Assembly (NCBI GenBank): GCA_963845755.1
Contig: CAWJTV010000011.1
Coordinates: forward strand, 928,001-992,000
Length of the DNA stretch: 64,000 bases
Source of the DNA: an uncultured Planctomycetota bacterium
Lineage (GTDB): Bacteria; Planctomycetota; Planctomycetia; Isosphaerales; Isosphaeraceae
Direction of reading: 5' to 3'
The notes below the pieces were generated by a model. That model did not search any database and was not told the DNA's origin. It was given only the letters and a program-made list of their open reading frames with translations. Of this stretch, positions 10,097 through 20,900 are shown in pieces (positions within the stretch are counted from its first letter, which is position 1; each line of letters opens with the position of its first letter). A program made the translations under genes and the position numbers.

Positions 10097-12121
10097 ATGC
10101 CAGTTTCAAGGACGATTGGGGCGTCGTGCGGACCGGTGTCGATCGCGCGCGTCCTGGTCGTTGTACTGATCGCTGCCGGGGCGGTGGGCGCCCGGGGTGA
10201 CGAGCCGGCGGGCAAGGATTGGGACGGAAAGCTCGTCGTGTCGCGCTCCGATACTCTGACGCTGCGCAACGACCACGGCGCCATGATCGGCACCGGCGAG
10301 AAGGGCCTGTTCTACCGCGTGGAGCGGGTCGAGGGCGGCCGGCTCCGACTCAAGGCCGAGGGGAAGGACCTCAGCGGCTGGGTCGCGGCCAAGGAGATTG
10401 CCGTTCTCCAGCCGCGGGCCCCCACTCCGCCGGCAGGCGCTGCCGGCTTCGCCGGGAGGAGACTCCGGCCCGCCGATATGCCCGAATTGAAAGGCGTGAT
10501 GACCGTGCGCCAGATCTCTGTCGGCTCCCGGTTGCTCGACGCGCGAGAGTACGACAAGGCGATCGCCGAATTCACCGAGGCGATTCTCTGGGATCCTCGG
10601 AACGTCGTGGCGTACACCAATCGCGCCTTCGCCTGGATCCAGAAGAACGAGCTGGATAAAGCACTCGACGATCTGAATGAGGCCATCCGCCTCGATCCCC
10701 AGGATGAGGTCTCGTACAAGAATCGCGCCGGCATCTGGTGGACGAAGAAGGATTATGACAAGGCCATCGCCGATGACTCTCAGGCGATTCGATGCAATCC
10801 GCGGGATGCCGCCACGTACGTCTATCGAGGAAGTGCCTGGGGGAACAAAGGGCAGGCCGACCAGGCCATCGCCGATTACACCGAGGCGATTCGGATCGAT
10901 CCGCATCTCGCCGTGGCCTACTCCGGTCGCGGTGCCGGATGGCTAGCGAAGCGGCAGTTGGACAAGGCCCTGACCGATCTGGATGAGGCGATCCGGCTCG
11001 ATCCCCGGGACACGTTCGCCTTGATCAACCGCGGCGAGGTCCGGCGGAGGAAGAGCCAATTCGACCAGGCCCTCGCCGATTGCTCGGAGGCGATTCGGAT
11101 CGATCCGCATCTCGCCGGGGCCTACCTGAATCGCGCGAGTATCTGGTCGGACAAGAAGGAGTACGAGAAGGCCATCGCCGACCTCACCGAGACCATTCGA
11201 CTCGATCCACGAACGGCCAAGGCGTATGCCGACCGCGGCCGGAACCGGAGCAAGCGCGCCGAGTATGACAAGGCGATCGCCGACTATAGCGAGGCCATTC
11301 ACCTCAATCCTCGCGATGCGGGCCTGTTCAACAGCCGTGCTATGGCGCGATATTTCCGGAAGGAATACGATCCGGCGATCTCCGACTACACGGAGGCCAT
11401 CCGGCTCAGTCCTCGTTACACTCGAGCCTACTACAACCGCGGCCTTACCCACTATAACAAGAGCGATTATGACAAGGCCATCGCGGATTACACGGAGGTC
11501 ATTCGGCTCGATCCTCGATACACTCGAGCCTACCACAGCCGCGGCCTGACCCACTATGACAAGGGCGATTATGACAAGGCGATCGCGGATTACACAGAGG
11601 TCATTCGGCTCGATCCTGGAGATCCCGGTGCCTACTACAATCGCGGCATCAGTTGGCACGACAGGGGCGACTATAACAAGGCCATCGCGGATTACAGTAG
11701 AGCGATCTCACTCAGTCCCAAGGACTACTATTATGCGGATCGTGCCTGGGCGAGACGCGAGAAGAAGGAGTATGCCACAGCCCTCGCCGACTACACAGAA
11801 GCCCTCCGCCTCAATCCCCGTAGTGCTTCCGCCCTTAACGGCCGCGCCTGGATCTGGGCGACCTGCCCCGATGCGAAAAACCGCGATGGCCAGAAGGCCG
11901 TCGAGTCGGCGACCCACGCGTGCGAGCTGGACGATTGGAAAGATGCGAGTCATCTCGACACGCTCGCCTCGGCCTATGCCGAGCGAGCCGACTTTGATGC
12001 GGCCGTGAAGTGGCAGACCAAGGCCAATACGCTATTCACCGAGGGCAAGGAAAAGGCCGAGGGCGAAGCGCGGCTAAGGCTCTACCAGCAGAAGAAGCCT
12101 TATCGCGAGACGGCGCCGTGA
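10097..12121 (+). CDS. Secreted TPR protein, paralog 5
   Basis: AAGGAGG, signal peptide ending ARG-DEPAGK, SH3-like module, TPR repeats and cap. Confidence 0.9.
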   Translation: MPVSRTIGASCGPVSIARVLVVVLIAAGAVGARGDEPAGKDWDGKLVVSRSDTLTLRNDHGAMIGTGEKGLFYRVERVEGGRLRLKAEGKDLSGWVAAKEIAVLQPRAPTPPAGAAGFAGRRLRPADMPELKGVMTVRQISVGSRLLDAREYDKAIAEFTEAILWDPRNVVAYTNRAFAWIQKNELDKALDDLNEAIRLDPQDEVSYKNRAGIWWTKKDYDKAIADDSQAIRCNPRDAATYVYRGSAWGNKGQADQAIADYTEAIRIDPHLAVAYSGRGAGWLAKRQLDKALTDLDEAIRLDPRDTFALINRGEVRRRKSQFDQALADCSEAIRIDPHLAGAYLNRASIWSDKKEYEKAIADLTETIRLDPRTAKAYADRGRNRSKRAEYDKAIADYSEAIHLNPRDAGLFNSRAMARYFRKEYDPAISDYTEAIRLSPRYTRAYYNRGLTHYNKSDYDKAIADYTEVIRLDPRYTRAYHSRGLTHYDKGDYDKAIADYTEVIRLDPGDPGAYYNRGISWHDRGDYNKAIADYSRAISLSPKDYYYADRAWARREKKEYATALADYTEALRLNPRSASALNGRAWIWATCPDAKNRDGQKAVESATHACELDDWKDASHLDTLASAYAERADFDAAVKWQTKANTLFTEGKEKAEGEARLRLYQQKKPYRETAP

Positions 12122-12151
12122 TACGGCCGGGACGCCAGGGAGGAGCGGGCC

Positions 12152-14003
12152 ATGCGTAGTTCGAGGGGGATCGGGGCGCCACAGGCCAGATCGCTGTGGC
12201 TCGGGGTGAGTCTCGCTGTCGGACTCTGGATGGCCGGGACGGCGGGCGCCCAGAGCAACCGGTCGGCCAATGCGGTCCCCGCGGCCGGGCCCATTGCCGA
12301 CCCCGCCGTTCAGCAGGCCGACATTCCTGTACAGCATGGCATCGGCCTGGCCATCGCGACGGCTTTCGGTCGGATGGAGGCCAAGGCCTCTTTCCGCCAT
12401 GGCCTGGAAGCGGCGGAGCGTCGCGATTTCGACCGGGCGATCTCCGAGTTCACCGAAGCCCTCCGGCATGATCCCCTGTCGGCCCAGACCTACTTCGAAA
12501 CGCGCGTCGGTCTGGATACAACAGAAGGAATACGGCCAGGCGATCACCGACCTCAGCGAATCGATCCGCCTGAGTCCCCACTATGCGGTCACATACGCCA
12601 ATCGTGGCGGCATCTGGATGATCCAAGGTCAGTACGACAAAGCCATCGCCGACTTCAATGAAGCCATTCGCCTCGATCCTCGAGATGCCGGCTTTTATGC
12701 CATGCGAGGGTACACCTGGTTCCAGAAGCGGGTGTTTGATCGAGCGATCGCCGACTACAACGAGGCCATCCGGCGGCAGCCGCGAATGCACGGAGCCTAC
12801 ACGCTGCGCGGCATGCTCTGGATGGAGACGCACGATGCGGATAAGGCCCTCAGCGACCTGACCGAGGCGATTCGGCTCAATCCTCGGAATGCAACGGCTC
12901 TGGTAAACCGCGCCGAGGTCTGGGGCGGCAAAGAACAATTCGACCAGGCCATCGCCGATTGCAACGAGGCCATCCGAATCGATCGTTCAACTCTCGATGG
13001 CATACGCCATTCGTGGCCGTGCCTGGGGGGAAAAGAAGGAATACGAGACCGCGCTGAATGATCTGAACGAGGCGATCCGCCTCGATCCCCGAAATGCCGC
13101 CGCCTTCCTGACGCGCGGTGCGATCCGGGGCCGGAGGGGTCAAGAGGATCAGTCGCTTGCCGATTGCAACGAGGCCATACGACTGGATTCGCATCTCTCG
13201 ATGGCCTACACCGTTCGCGGCACGACTCTGGTGGCGAAAGACGAGCTGGACAAGGCCCTGAGCGACCTGAACGAAGCGATTCAGCGCAATCCGCGTGACG
13301 CCTGGGCCTATTCCAATCGCGGCGCACTCTGGCTGAAGAAGCAGGATTACCCCAGGAGCTTCGCCGACCTGAATGAAGCGATCCGACTCGATCCGCGAAA
13401 CGCCATGTCGTATAACAACCGCGGGTGGGCTTGGGCCGGTTTGAAGGCGTACGACAAGGCGCTCGTTCGACCTGGATGAAGCGATCCGCCGTGATCCCCA
13501 ACTGGCCCTGGCTCACGCCAATCGCGGCGCCGTCTGGTACGAGAAGAAGGAGACGCAACGAGCCTTTGCCGACCTGAACGAGGCGATCCGCCTCGATCCC
13601 CGAAATGTCCGGTTATATTGCGCGGTCGAGGATCTGGAAGGCCGAGGGTCAGTTCGACCGAGCGATGGCCGACCTCGACCGAGCCATCCAGATCGATCCC
13701 CAGGACACGACCGCGCTAAACCGGCTCGCCTGGTTCTGGGCGACCTGTCTCGACCCGAAATACCGTGACGGCAAGAACGCGGTCAAATTGGCGACACGGG
13801 CCTGCGAGCTTGACGGGTGGAAAACCCCGTACCCGATCGGCACCCTCGCCGCCGCCGATGCCGAGGCTGGCGACTTCGATTCGGCGGTGAAGTGGCAGAC
13901 CAAGGCCAATGCACTCTACTCCGGCGTCAAGGACAAGGCTGACGGCGAGGCGCGGCTCGAGCTCTACCGAGAGAAGAAGCCGTATCGCGAGACGACACCG
14001 TGA
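12152..14003 (+). CDS. Secreted TPR protein, paralog 6 (several frameshifts)
   Basis: TPR repeats continue across ORFs 12152, 12270, 12997 and 13605. Same cap ending [16 protein letters not shown]. Confidence 0.8.
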
Positions 14004-14070
14004 GGACACAATCGACAGGCTCTTGGCGCGGCTCGCTCGAATGCCTCACACTTGGGATGCGCACGGGCGA

Positions 14071-14137
14071 GTAGGGTGCTCTGCGAGCACCGGGCTTGCA
14101 GGGAACAACTCGGATCGGTGCTCGCAGAGCACCCTAC
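14071..14137. repeat. GTAG...CTAC REP doublet
   Basis: GTAGGGTGCTCTGCGAGCACCG ... CGGTGCTCGCAGAGCACCCTAC perfect inverted pair. Confidence 0.8.
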
Positions 14138-14160
14138 AAAGACCTTCCTCCACAGGCCCA

Positions 14161-14520
14161 TCACCGGCGCGGCTGGTCCGCCTCGGCCTCCTTCAGCAGC
14201 GATTCGATGGCATTTTCGAACACTGGCGTGTCGAACGGGTGGAGATCCGCCTTGGAGCGGATCACGCCGCGGTGGTCGATGAGGAAGAACGTGGGATGGC
14301 CGCGGACATTCCAGCTCGTGGCGATCGGGCCGGGGTTGTCGAGCTTGCCGCTGTCGCCGTCCCATCAGCATCGCCAGGTGATCTCGCCGCGTGCGATCGC
14401 CTGCTCGAGCGCGTCGCGGCGATCAGGGTTGTTGATCCCCAGGATGACGAACGGCCGGCTCCTCAGACGTTCGAGGGTCGCTCGCAGTCGCGGGTAGAGC
14501 TCTCTCGCGTCGGCTGATCT
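14161..14520 (-). pseudogene. C-terminal remnant of a TlpA/thioredoxin-like protein
   Basis: Reads PFVILGIN...ITWRC*WDG...GPIATSWNVRGHPTFFLIDHRGVIR, with an in-frame TGA at 14365-14367 and no CxxC or clear start upstream. Confidence 0.6.
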
Positions 14521-14590
14521 GTTCGCGCGTCTTGGGTTGTCGTAAGCTGAAATCGAGTATTGCCTCCGTGTCTTCTGGAGTTGCTTCGTC

Positions 14591-15367
14591 ATGACGAGCC
14601 CATTTCCCGGCGTCGATCCCTATCTCGAAGCCCAGGGCTATTGGCCGGACTTCCACGCGAGATTCATCACCTACTGGGCGGAAGCCCTGAACGACGTTCT
14701 GCCGGACCATTACGAGGCGAGGATCGACGAGCGGCTGAGCCTGGTCGAGTTGCCGGCTGAGATGGTCAAGCGGATCGAGCCCGATCTGGTCATCAGCGGG
14801 CGCGGTCCATCTCCTCGCGTCCTGACGGCTCCAGCCGTCGTCGAGATCATCGAGCCCGTCACCGTTCCTCTGTTCATCGAGGAGGAGGGCCGAGAAACCT
14901 TTATCGAAATCCGGCATCGCCCGGAACGCACACTCGTGGCGGTCCTGGAACTGCTCTCACCTGCCAACAAGGAAGAACCGGGTCGCCGGTCGTACTTGAA
15001 CAAGCGCCATGCTCTGTTGCGCGAGAGAGTCCACCTGGTCGAGCTGGACCTATTACTCGGCGGACGCCGGCTTCCCCTCAGTGCGGATTACCCGCCTGGG
15101 AATTATTTCGCCCTGATCTCGCATGCGGCCCACCGGCCGAATTGCAGCGTGTATGCCTGGACGATCGCGCAGCGGCTGCCGAACATCCCGATCCCGCTTC
15201 AAGAACCTGACCCGGACGTCCGGATCGACCTGGCCGCGGTATTCGCCCAGACATTCCAGCGCGGGCGCTATGGACGTTCGATTGACTACACCGCAATACC
15301 GTCCCTGTCGCTTTCCCCGGCCGAGGGGGAGTGGGTCCGACAGTTGGCGTCCACGGCGAGAGGTTGA
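14591..15367 (+). CDS. DUF4058 family protein
   Basis: MTSPFPGVDPYLE...WPDFH, ELLSPANK and VHLVELDLL motifs. Confidence 0.85.
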   Translation: MTSPFPGVDPYLEAQGYWPDFHARFITYWAEALNDVLPDHYEARIDERLSLVELPAEMVKRIEPDLVISGRGPSPRVLTAPAVVEIIEPVTVPLFIEEEGRETFIEIRHRPERTLVAVLELLSPANKEEPGRRSYLNKRHALLRERVHLVELDLLLGGRRLPLSADYPPGNYFALISHAAHRPNCSVYAWTIAQRLPNIPIPLQEPDPDVRIDLAAVFAQTFQRGRYGRSIDYTAIPSLSLSPAEGEWVRQLASTARG

Positions 15368-15437
15368 AGATCACGGATCCGGATCGGCTGGCGCCGGAGG
15401 CTCGAACGCGGCGAGTACTACGAGGAGGACGAGGATC

Positions 15438-17762
15438 GTGAGACGCTACCGTTCGCGGATCTTGATCGCGTTCGTCGTGCTGGTCGCGGCCCTGATCTTC
15501 ATCCCCCTGTTCGTCCCATGGACGCCGATCAACTGCGGATATGATGAAGTGGATATCCGCACGGGCAGGACCCGATCCTCCTGGTATCTCGCAGGCTGCA
15601 AGGTCTACCAAAGGGTGAATGCGTCCGCGCTCTCGCGCGCCCTGCCGCGTGAGATGGTCAACGGCGCGAAGCCCGAATGGAAGACGGTCAATACGATCTC
15701 CCCGGGACTCGGCTATTCCCCGCACCACCGATTCCACGGTGCGCTTCACCAGATCCGCACCCTCGAGCGTCTCTGGCAGGACGCGAAGGTCGATGAATCG
15801 GGCAGACGACAGATGGCCTCTCATGTCCTGGCGCTCTGGCAGTTCTATGGGGGGTATTACGAGCCCGGCCATTACATCGACGGCCTGCGGGGCCTGTCCG
15901 ACGCCAGGGAGCGTGGGCCGCTCCTCCGGACCATCGGGACATTAAACATGCCCGAGGAGCATGCCGAAGGCGATCACCTCGTCCTCACCGTCTTCTACCC
16001 CGATGGGAAACCACTGGAACGGGTGCGAGGTTATCGCGAGGCAAGCGGTCAGTTCGTGAAACACGGCACCCGTGAGACCTGGCATCCGGACGGAAAACGA
16101 GAACATTATCAGCATTTCGATCGGGGGATGCCCCAGGGTTGGGGGTTCGATTGGGATTGGGACGGCAATTTAACGTGCATTCATAAACATAATCGTATAG
16201 ATATTGTAGAATATAAATATCAGAATCTCGAATCGCATCCCGCCTACGCGGAAGCCCGACGTCTCATCGCGACAGGGCCCGATGATCGCATGGATGGCCC
16301 CGAGGCTCCGGAAAAGGTGATACCGGACGAGCGAAGTTTCCCCGGCCAGCCGCCCCGCCGTGCCCCGGCATCGCCCCGGCCGGCCGATGGCGGCGAAGCC
16401 GACAAATCCATCATCGACGACGCAGTTCAGGTTCCTCTTGACGATCTTGATGCCGGTCGGGACGACGGGGCGGTGAAGGTGCAGCCGCCGGCGCTCGCTG
16501 TGCACGGCCTGGTGATCGACGCGGCGACGAAGCGGGGGATTGCTCGGTTCCGGGTCATCCCCGGCGTGCAGCAGAGTTCCGAGGTGACCGAAGTGAACTG
16601 GCAGTCGCATTCGATCACGACCCATCGTGGCGGGCGGTTCGACCTGCCGCCGGACGCTCGGGCCTGGCCTAACATGCGATACCGGGTCGAGGCCGAGGGG
16701 TACCGGCCGAGCGTCTCCCGGATCGTGAAGAGCTCGGAAGGGGAGGTCAAGCTCACGTTCGTCATGCAGGCCGACGCGGGAATCTCGGCCGTCGTCCGGG
16801 CGCCCGACGGCGCCCCGGCGGCCGGGTCGCAGGCCACCTGGATGACATACTCTCGCGAGGCGACCGGCCACGGGGCGACGATCACCGTCTCGATAGACGA
16901 ACGCCGCGGAGCCACGGTCGTCACCGCCGACGCCGCGGGCCGATTCCGGCTGCCGCCTGAGTGCGACCCGGGCACGATCGTCATCGCGCACGATCGCGGG
17001 TATGCCGAGATCCGGCCGGCTGACCTCATCTCCTCGGGCGTCGTCACGCTCCGCAGGTGGGGCCGCGTCGAAGGCCGGGTGTTCGCGGGCACGAAACCCG
17101 TCGCCGGTCAGACGATCTGGGTGCAACGGTGCGGGCACCCGAGCGGCGATTCGCCGAGGGCCTTCTGGATGAATGAGGTGATCACCGACGCTGACGGCCG
17201 GTTCGTCTGCGATCGGGTCGTTGCGGGCGAGCTGTTTGTCGATCGCGTGTTTCCGACGAGCAACGGCCAGGGCGCCGTGGATGGCCTGACGACGACCATC
17301 GAGGTCCGCGAGGGACAGGTCACGCGCTTCATCCTCGGCGGCCCGGGTCGCACTCTGGTCGGCCGCTTCGAGGCTCCGAAGGACCTCGGCTTGCCGATTG
17401 ACTGGTCGAAGGTCCGCGTCGATCTCGGCCTGAAGGCCCCGCACATCGGATTCCCCGGCGATGAGACGGTGTGGAAAAACTACAGGACGTTCTTGAACAC
17501 GGAAGAGGGCAGGACCTACAACCGCTACAATCTGCCGGTCGGCCGCGACGGCTCGTTCCGGATCGAATCGGTGCCGCCGGGCGACTACCAATTGATGATC
17601 ACGATCGACGGACCGGCCGTCGGCAAGCCGGCCGAGACCCGGATCGAATACGCAGCCGGAGGTGCCGAGATCGAGGTCAATCCGGTGGTCAACGGTCGCG
17701 GCGAGGAACCACAGTCTTTCGGTACGATCGCGCTTCAGAAGCTGGAGCGGCTCACGAACTGA
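15438..17762 (+). CDS. Membrane-anchored hypothetical protein with carboxypeptidase-regulatory-like beta domains
   Basis: GAGGAG before GTG 15438, N-terminal hydrophobic helix and TADAAGRF / TDADGRF repeats. Start codon inferred. Confidence 0.7.
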   Translation: MRRYRSRILIAFVVLVAALIFIPLFVPWTPINCGYDEVDIRTGRTRSSWYLAGCKVYQRVNASALSRALPREMVNGAKPEWKTVNTISPGLGYSPHHRFHGALHQIRTLERLWQDAKVDESGRRQMASHVLALWQFYGGYYEPGHYIDGLRGLSDARERGPLLRTIGTLNMPEEHAEGDHLVLTVFYPDGKPLERVRGYREASGQFVKHGTRETWHPDGKREHYQHFDRGMPQGWGFDWDWDGNLTCIHKHNRIDIVEYKYQNLESHPAYAEARRLIATGPDDRMDGPEAPEKVIPDERSFPGQPPRRAPASPRPADGGEADKSIIDDAVQVPLDDLDAGRDDGAVKVQPPALAVHGLVIDAATKRGIARFRVIPGVQQSSEVTEVNWQSHSITTHRGGRFDLPPDARAWPNMRYRVEAEGYRPSVSRIVKSSEGEVKLTFVMQADAGISAVVRAPDGAPAAGSQATWMTYSREATGHGATITVSIDERRGATVVTADAAGRFRLPPECDPGTIVIAHDRGYAEIRPADLISSGVVTLRRWGRVEGRVFAGTKPVAGQTIWVQRCGHPSGDSPRAFWMNEVITDADGRFVCDRVVAGELFVDRVFPTSNGQGAVDGLTTTIEVREGQVTRFILGGPGRTLVGRFEAPKDLGLPIDWSKVRVDLGLKAPHIGFPGDETVWKNYRTFLNTEEGRTYNRYNLPVGRDGSFRIESVPPGDYQLMITIDGPAVGKPAETRIEYAAGGAEIEVNPVVNGRGEEPQSFGTIALQKLERLTN

Positions 17763-17978
17763 TTGCGTGCAGAATACGAGAATTGTGAATATTGAAATAT
17801 ATTATGTATAATATTAACGATGGTGAATCGAGGGTCGGGTTGGCACACCTGTTCCTCCACCTGTTCTCAGGTGCACGACCCTGGGTCGTTTCACGCTCGG
17901 GTTGCGCACGCGCCACGCGGACGCCGCGGTGTGCGCAGCTCATCCCTTCCGGATCATCCAGGCCCATGGAGGTGTACG

Positions 17979-20900
17979 ATGGCCCCACTCTTGCCCGTGC
18001 TGTGGCTGGCGATGGGGATGACGGTCCCGCTCAACGGGACGGTCGTGGATTCCGCCGGCCGGCCGGTGGCGGGAGCGACGGTGTGGCTCGGCGATACGAT
18101 CGCGACCCGCCCAGGGCCCGAGGTGCTGGCGACCGCCCGGACCGACGATCGGGGCCGGTTCCGGCTCGAACGGGCCGACGATCTGGCGGGCCGGGGTGTG
18201 ATGTGGTCGCCGACGCTGTGGGCGTATCACCCGGGTTCGCGCGTCGCCTTCCGCGAATTCAAGGGGAACGTGCCCGGGGCTGATGAGCCCGTGCGCCTGG
18301 TGCTCGGCCCGCCCGCCTCGACCGCGCTCCGGGTCCTCCAGGCCGACGGCAAGCCCGCCCAGGGGGCGCGCGTCCGGCTGGTCCAGGCGAACTTCAAGGC
18401 CCCACGCCCGCCGGACGGGATGCTCGACCGCCTCGCCGCGACGACCAACGCGGATGGCCGCGCCACGCTCGACGGCTTCGCGCCGGCGGACATCTTCTCG
18501 CTCGACGTGACGGCCCCGGGGCAGCTCGTGCAGTGCCTGCCGATCGACGCCGAGAGCGGGACGGTCGCGCTCCGCCCGCTCGGCCGGCTCACGGCCCGGA
18601 TCGTCGCCGACAACCCGAAGGTCCTGAAGGGCTGGACGATCACCGCCTGGTCGCGACCGACCGAGCCGGGCTACCGCGGTCCGTATCGAACCCACTGGGT
18701 TCGCGAGACGACCGGCGATGACGGACGGGTCGCGTTCCCGCCCATCGCCCAGGGTGCGGTCGACTGGGAGTTCAAGGCTCCCGAGGGGTCGAACTATCTC
18801 GTGGCGAAGTTGCCGTCAGCGCGGATCCGGCCGGGCGAGACGGAAGCGGCGGAGATCCCGGTCATCCGCGCCGTTCGGGTCGAGGGGACCGTTGTCGAGG
18901 AACCGGGCGGGGCGCCGATCCCGGGCGTCACGGTCGATCTGGACTCGCTGACGCACTTCAACGGACGCGCCAATCGCATGGTCACCGATGCCCAGGGGCG
19001 GTTTTCGACCCTTGTCCAGCCGAGTAAGGTCCGATTCAGTTTCACGTTCCACAACATGCCCAAGACGTATTTCTTGCCCCCGCAGACGCCTCACTGGGCG
19101 GATTTCGATATCCCGCAGGGGGCCGAGCGACAGACCTTCAACCCACCCCGGCTCCGCCGGGCGGCGCAGGTCCGGGGCAGGGTGGTCGACGAGTCGGGAA
19201 AACCGGCCGTAGCGATCAGCGTCGAAGGCCACTGGACCTCGGCCGAGTTCGGAAGGAACCCGAACTCGATCCGGGCCGAGACCGACGGGCGGGGCGAGTT
19301 TGTCCTGGGCAACATCGCGCCGAAGGCCGAGGTCAAGCTCTCGGCGTCGAGCGGATTGGTCGCCGAGTCGGAGCTGGTCACCGTCCCCACGGCCGGCGAG
19401 GGTGAGCCGGTCACGCTCCGGCTCCGGAAGAAGCCGACCCTGGCCCTCTCCGGTCGGGTGCTCGGCGCCGACGGCCGGCCGATGCCCGGCGCCCTGGTCC
19501 GGGTCAAGGTCCGCCCGCCGGATCAGTGGCCGGGCGAGGGGAGCGACTTCGCGTTCGACGGGGCGGAGGAGGTCCGCACGGGGCGCGATGGCCGATACCA
19601 GACGCCCGCGCAGCTCCCCATCGGATATGAGTATCGCGTGGCGGCGCAGGCGCCTGGACATGAGCCGGGGACATCGAGCTGGGTCGTCGCCCCGGGCACG
19701 GTGGTCCCCGACCTGAGACTCCGGCGGTCGGTCGGCACGCGCGCGGTGGCCGGTCGGGTGGTCGACTCGGGCGGCAAGCCGGTCGCCGGGGCCGAGGTGT
19801 TCCAGTCGGGCGATGGCCCGACGACGACCCGGGATACGACCGGCGCCGACGGCCGGTTCCGGGTCCCCGGCGTCCCGAATGCGCCGGCGTTCCTGTTCGT
19901 GTCGAAGGAGGGATATCACTTCCTCGGCCGCCGGGTCGAGCCGAAGGACGAGTCGGTCGCGTTCGCTCTCCGACGGCTCGACGAGGCTCCCGCGGCCCCG
20001 CTTCGATCGGCGGCCTCACCGGTCGCTCGAAACGAGGAGCGCGCGATCGCCCGGGCTCTGATCGCCGAGGCCCAGAAGGCTCCCGGAGGCGCTCATGAGA
20101 CGCCGGAGCGCATGCAGATCCCCGAGATCACCGCCCTGATCGACCCCGACCGTGTCCTCGAGATGATCGAGAACCAGGTGCTCGCGGCCGGGCCGCCTCT
20201 GGTCTCGGCCATGGCCCTTGCCCGGTTCGAGGATGACCCTGGGAAGGCCCTCGAGCTCCTCGATGCGATTGATCAGCCGGATACGGCATCGGTCGCCGCC
20301 TTGAGTCTGTTCGATCGCCTGGGGGCGATGGCTTCGCCCGAGTTCCGCCGCGAGCTCCTCGAACGCGCCGCGCGTCGGCCCCCGATTAGCGAGGATCCCG
20401 GCCAGGCCGCGAGTCAGCTCGCCCGGATCGCCGACCGCTGGCTCGACCTCGGCGATGCCGACCGCGGCGCGGCCCTCGTGCGGAAGGCCCAGGCCCTGGC
20501 GGAAAGGCCCCGCCAACAACCCTTTCCCGATCCTCGTGGCGACCTGGCGCTGGCCCTGGCGCGGGTCGACCTCCCCGCGGCGCTGAAGCTCCTGGAAGGC
20601 CCGGAGCCGCGTGGGTATTCGCCCCAGGTGATCCAGACGGGGATCGCCAATCGCCTCGCGACGGTCAACCCGGGCGAGGCTCGCCGGATTATCGGCCTGC
20701 TCTGGGAGCCCGGCAGCGCGTCGGTCCGGCGCGGGGTCTGTCTCCGGATGGCGGCGAAGAATTTGCCCGCGGCGCGGGCCCTGGCGGCCGCGGATCGCGA
20801 CTCGATGGTCGAAGCCCTGCTGCCGGCGGTCGCGGCCCGGGCTCGGGCGAAGTCCGACCCCGACGGCGCCCGGGCGCTGTTGCGCGAGGCGGTCGAACGG

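Noticed and set aside
1243..14003. Regular 102-bp periodicity resembling a CRISPR or DGR repeat array
   Set aside because: Explained by 34-aa TPR units. There are no identical repeats with unique spacers, no cas genes and no adenine-specific template/variable pair seen.
14365..14367. In-frame TGA in a thioredoxin-like frame as selenocysteine
   Set aside because: It falls where Trp is expected (WxxWWDG), not in a CxxC, and the gene is 5-prime truncated.
17770..17940. AT-rich tract plus degenerate MITE-like ends upstream of 17979
   Set aside because: Too degenerate to set boundaries or call a promoter with confidence.
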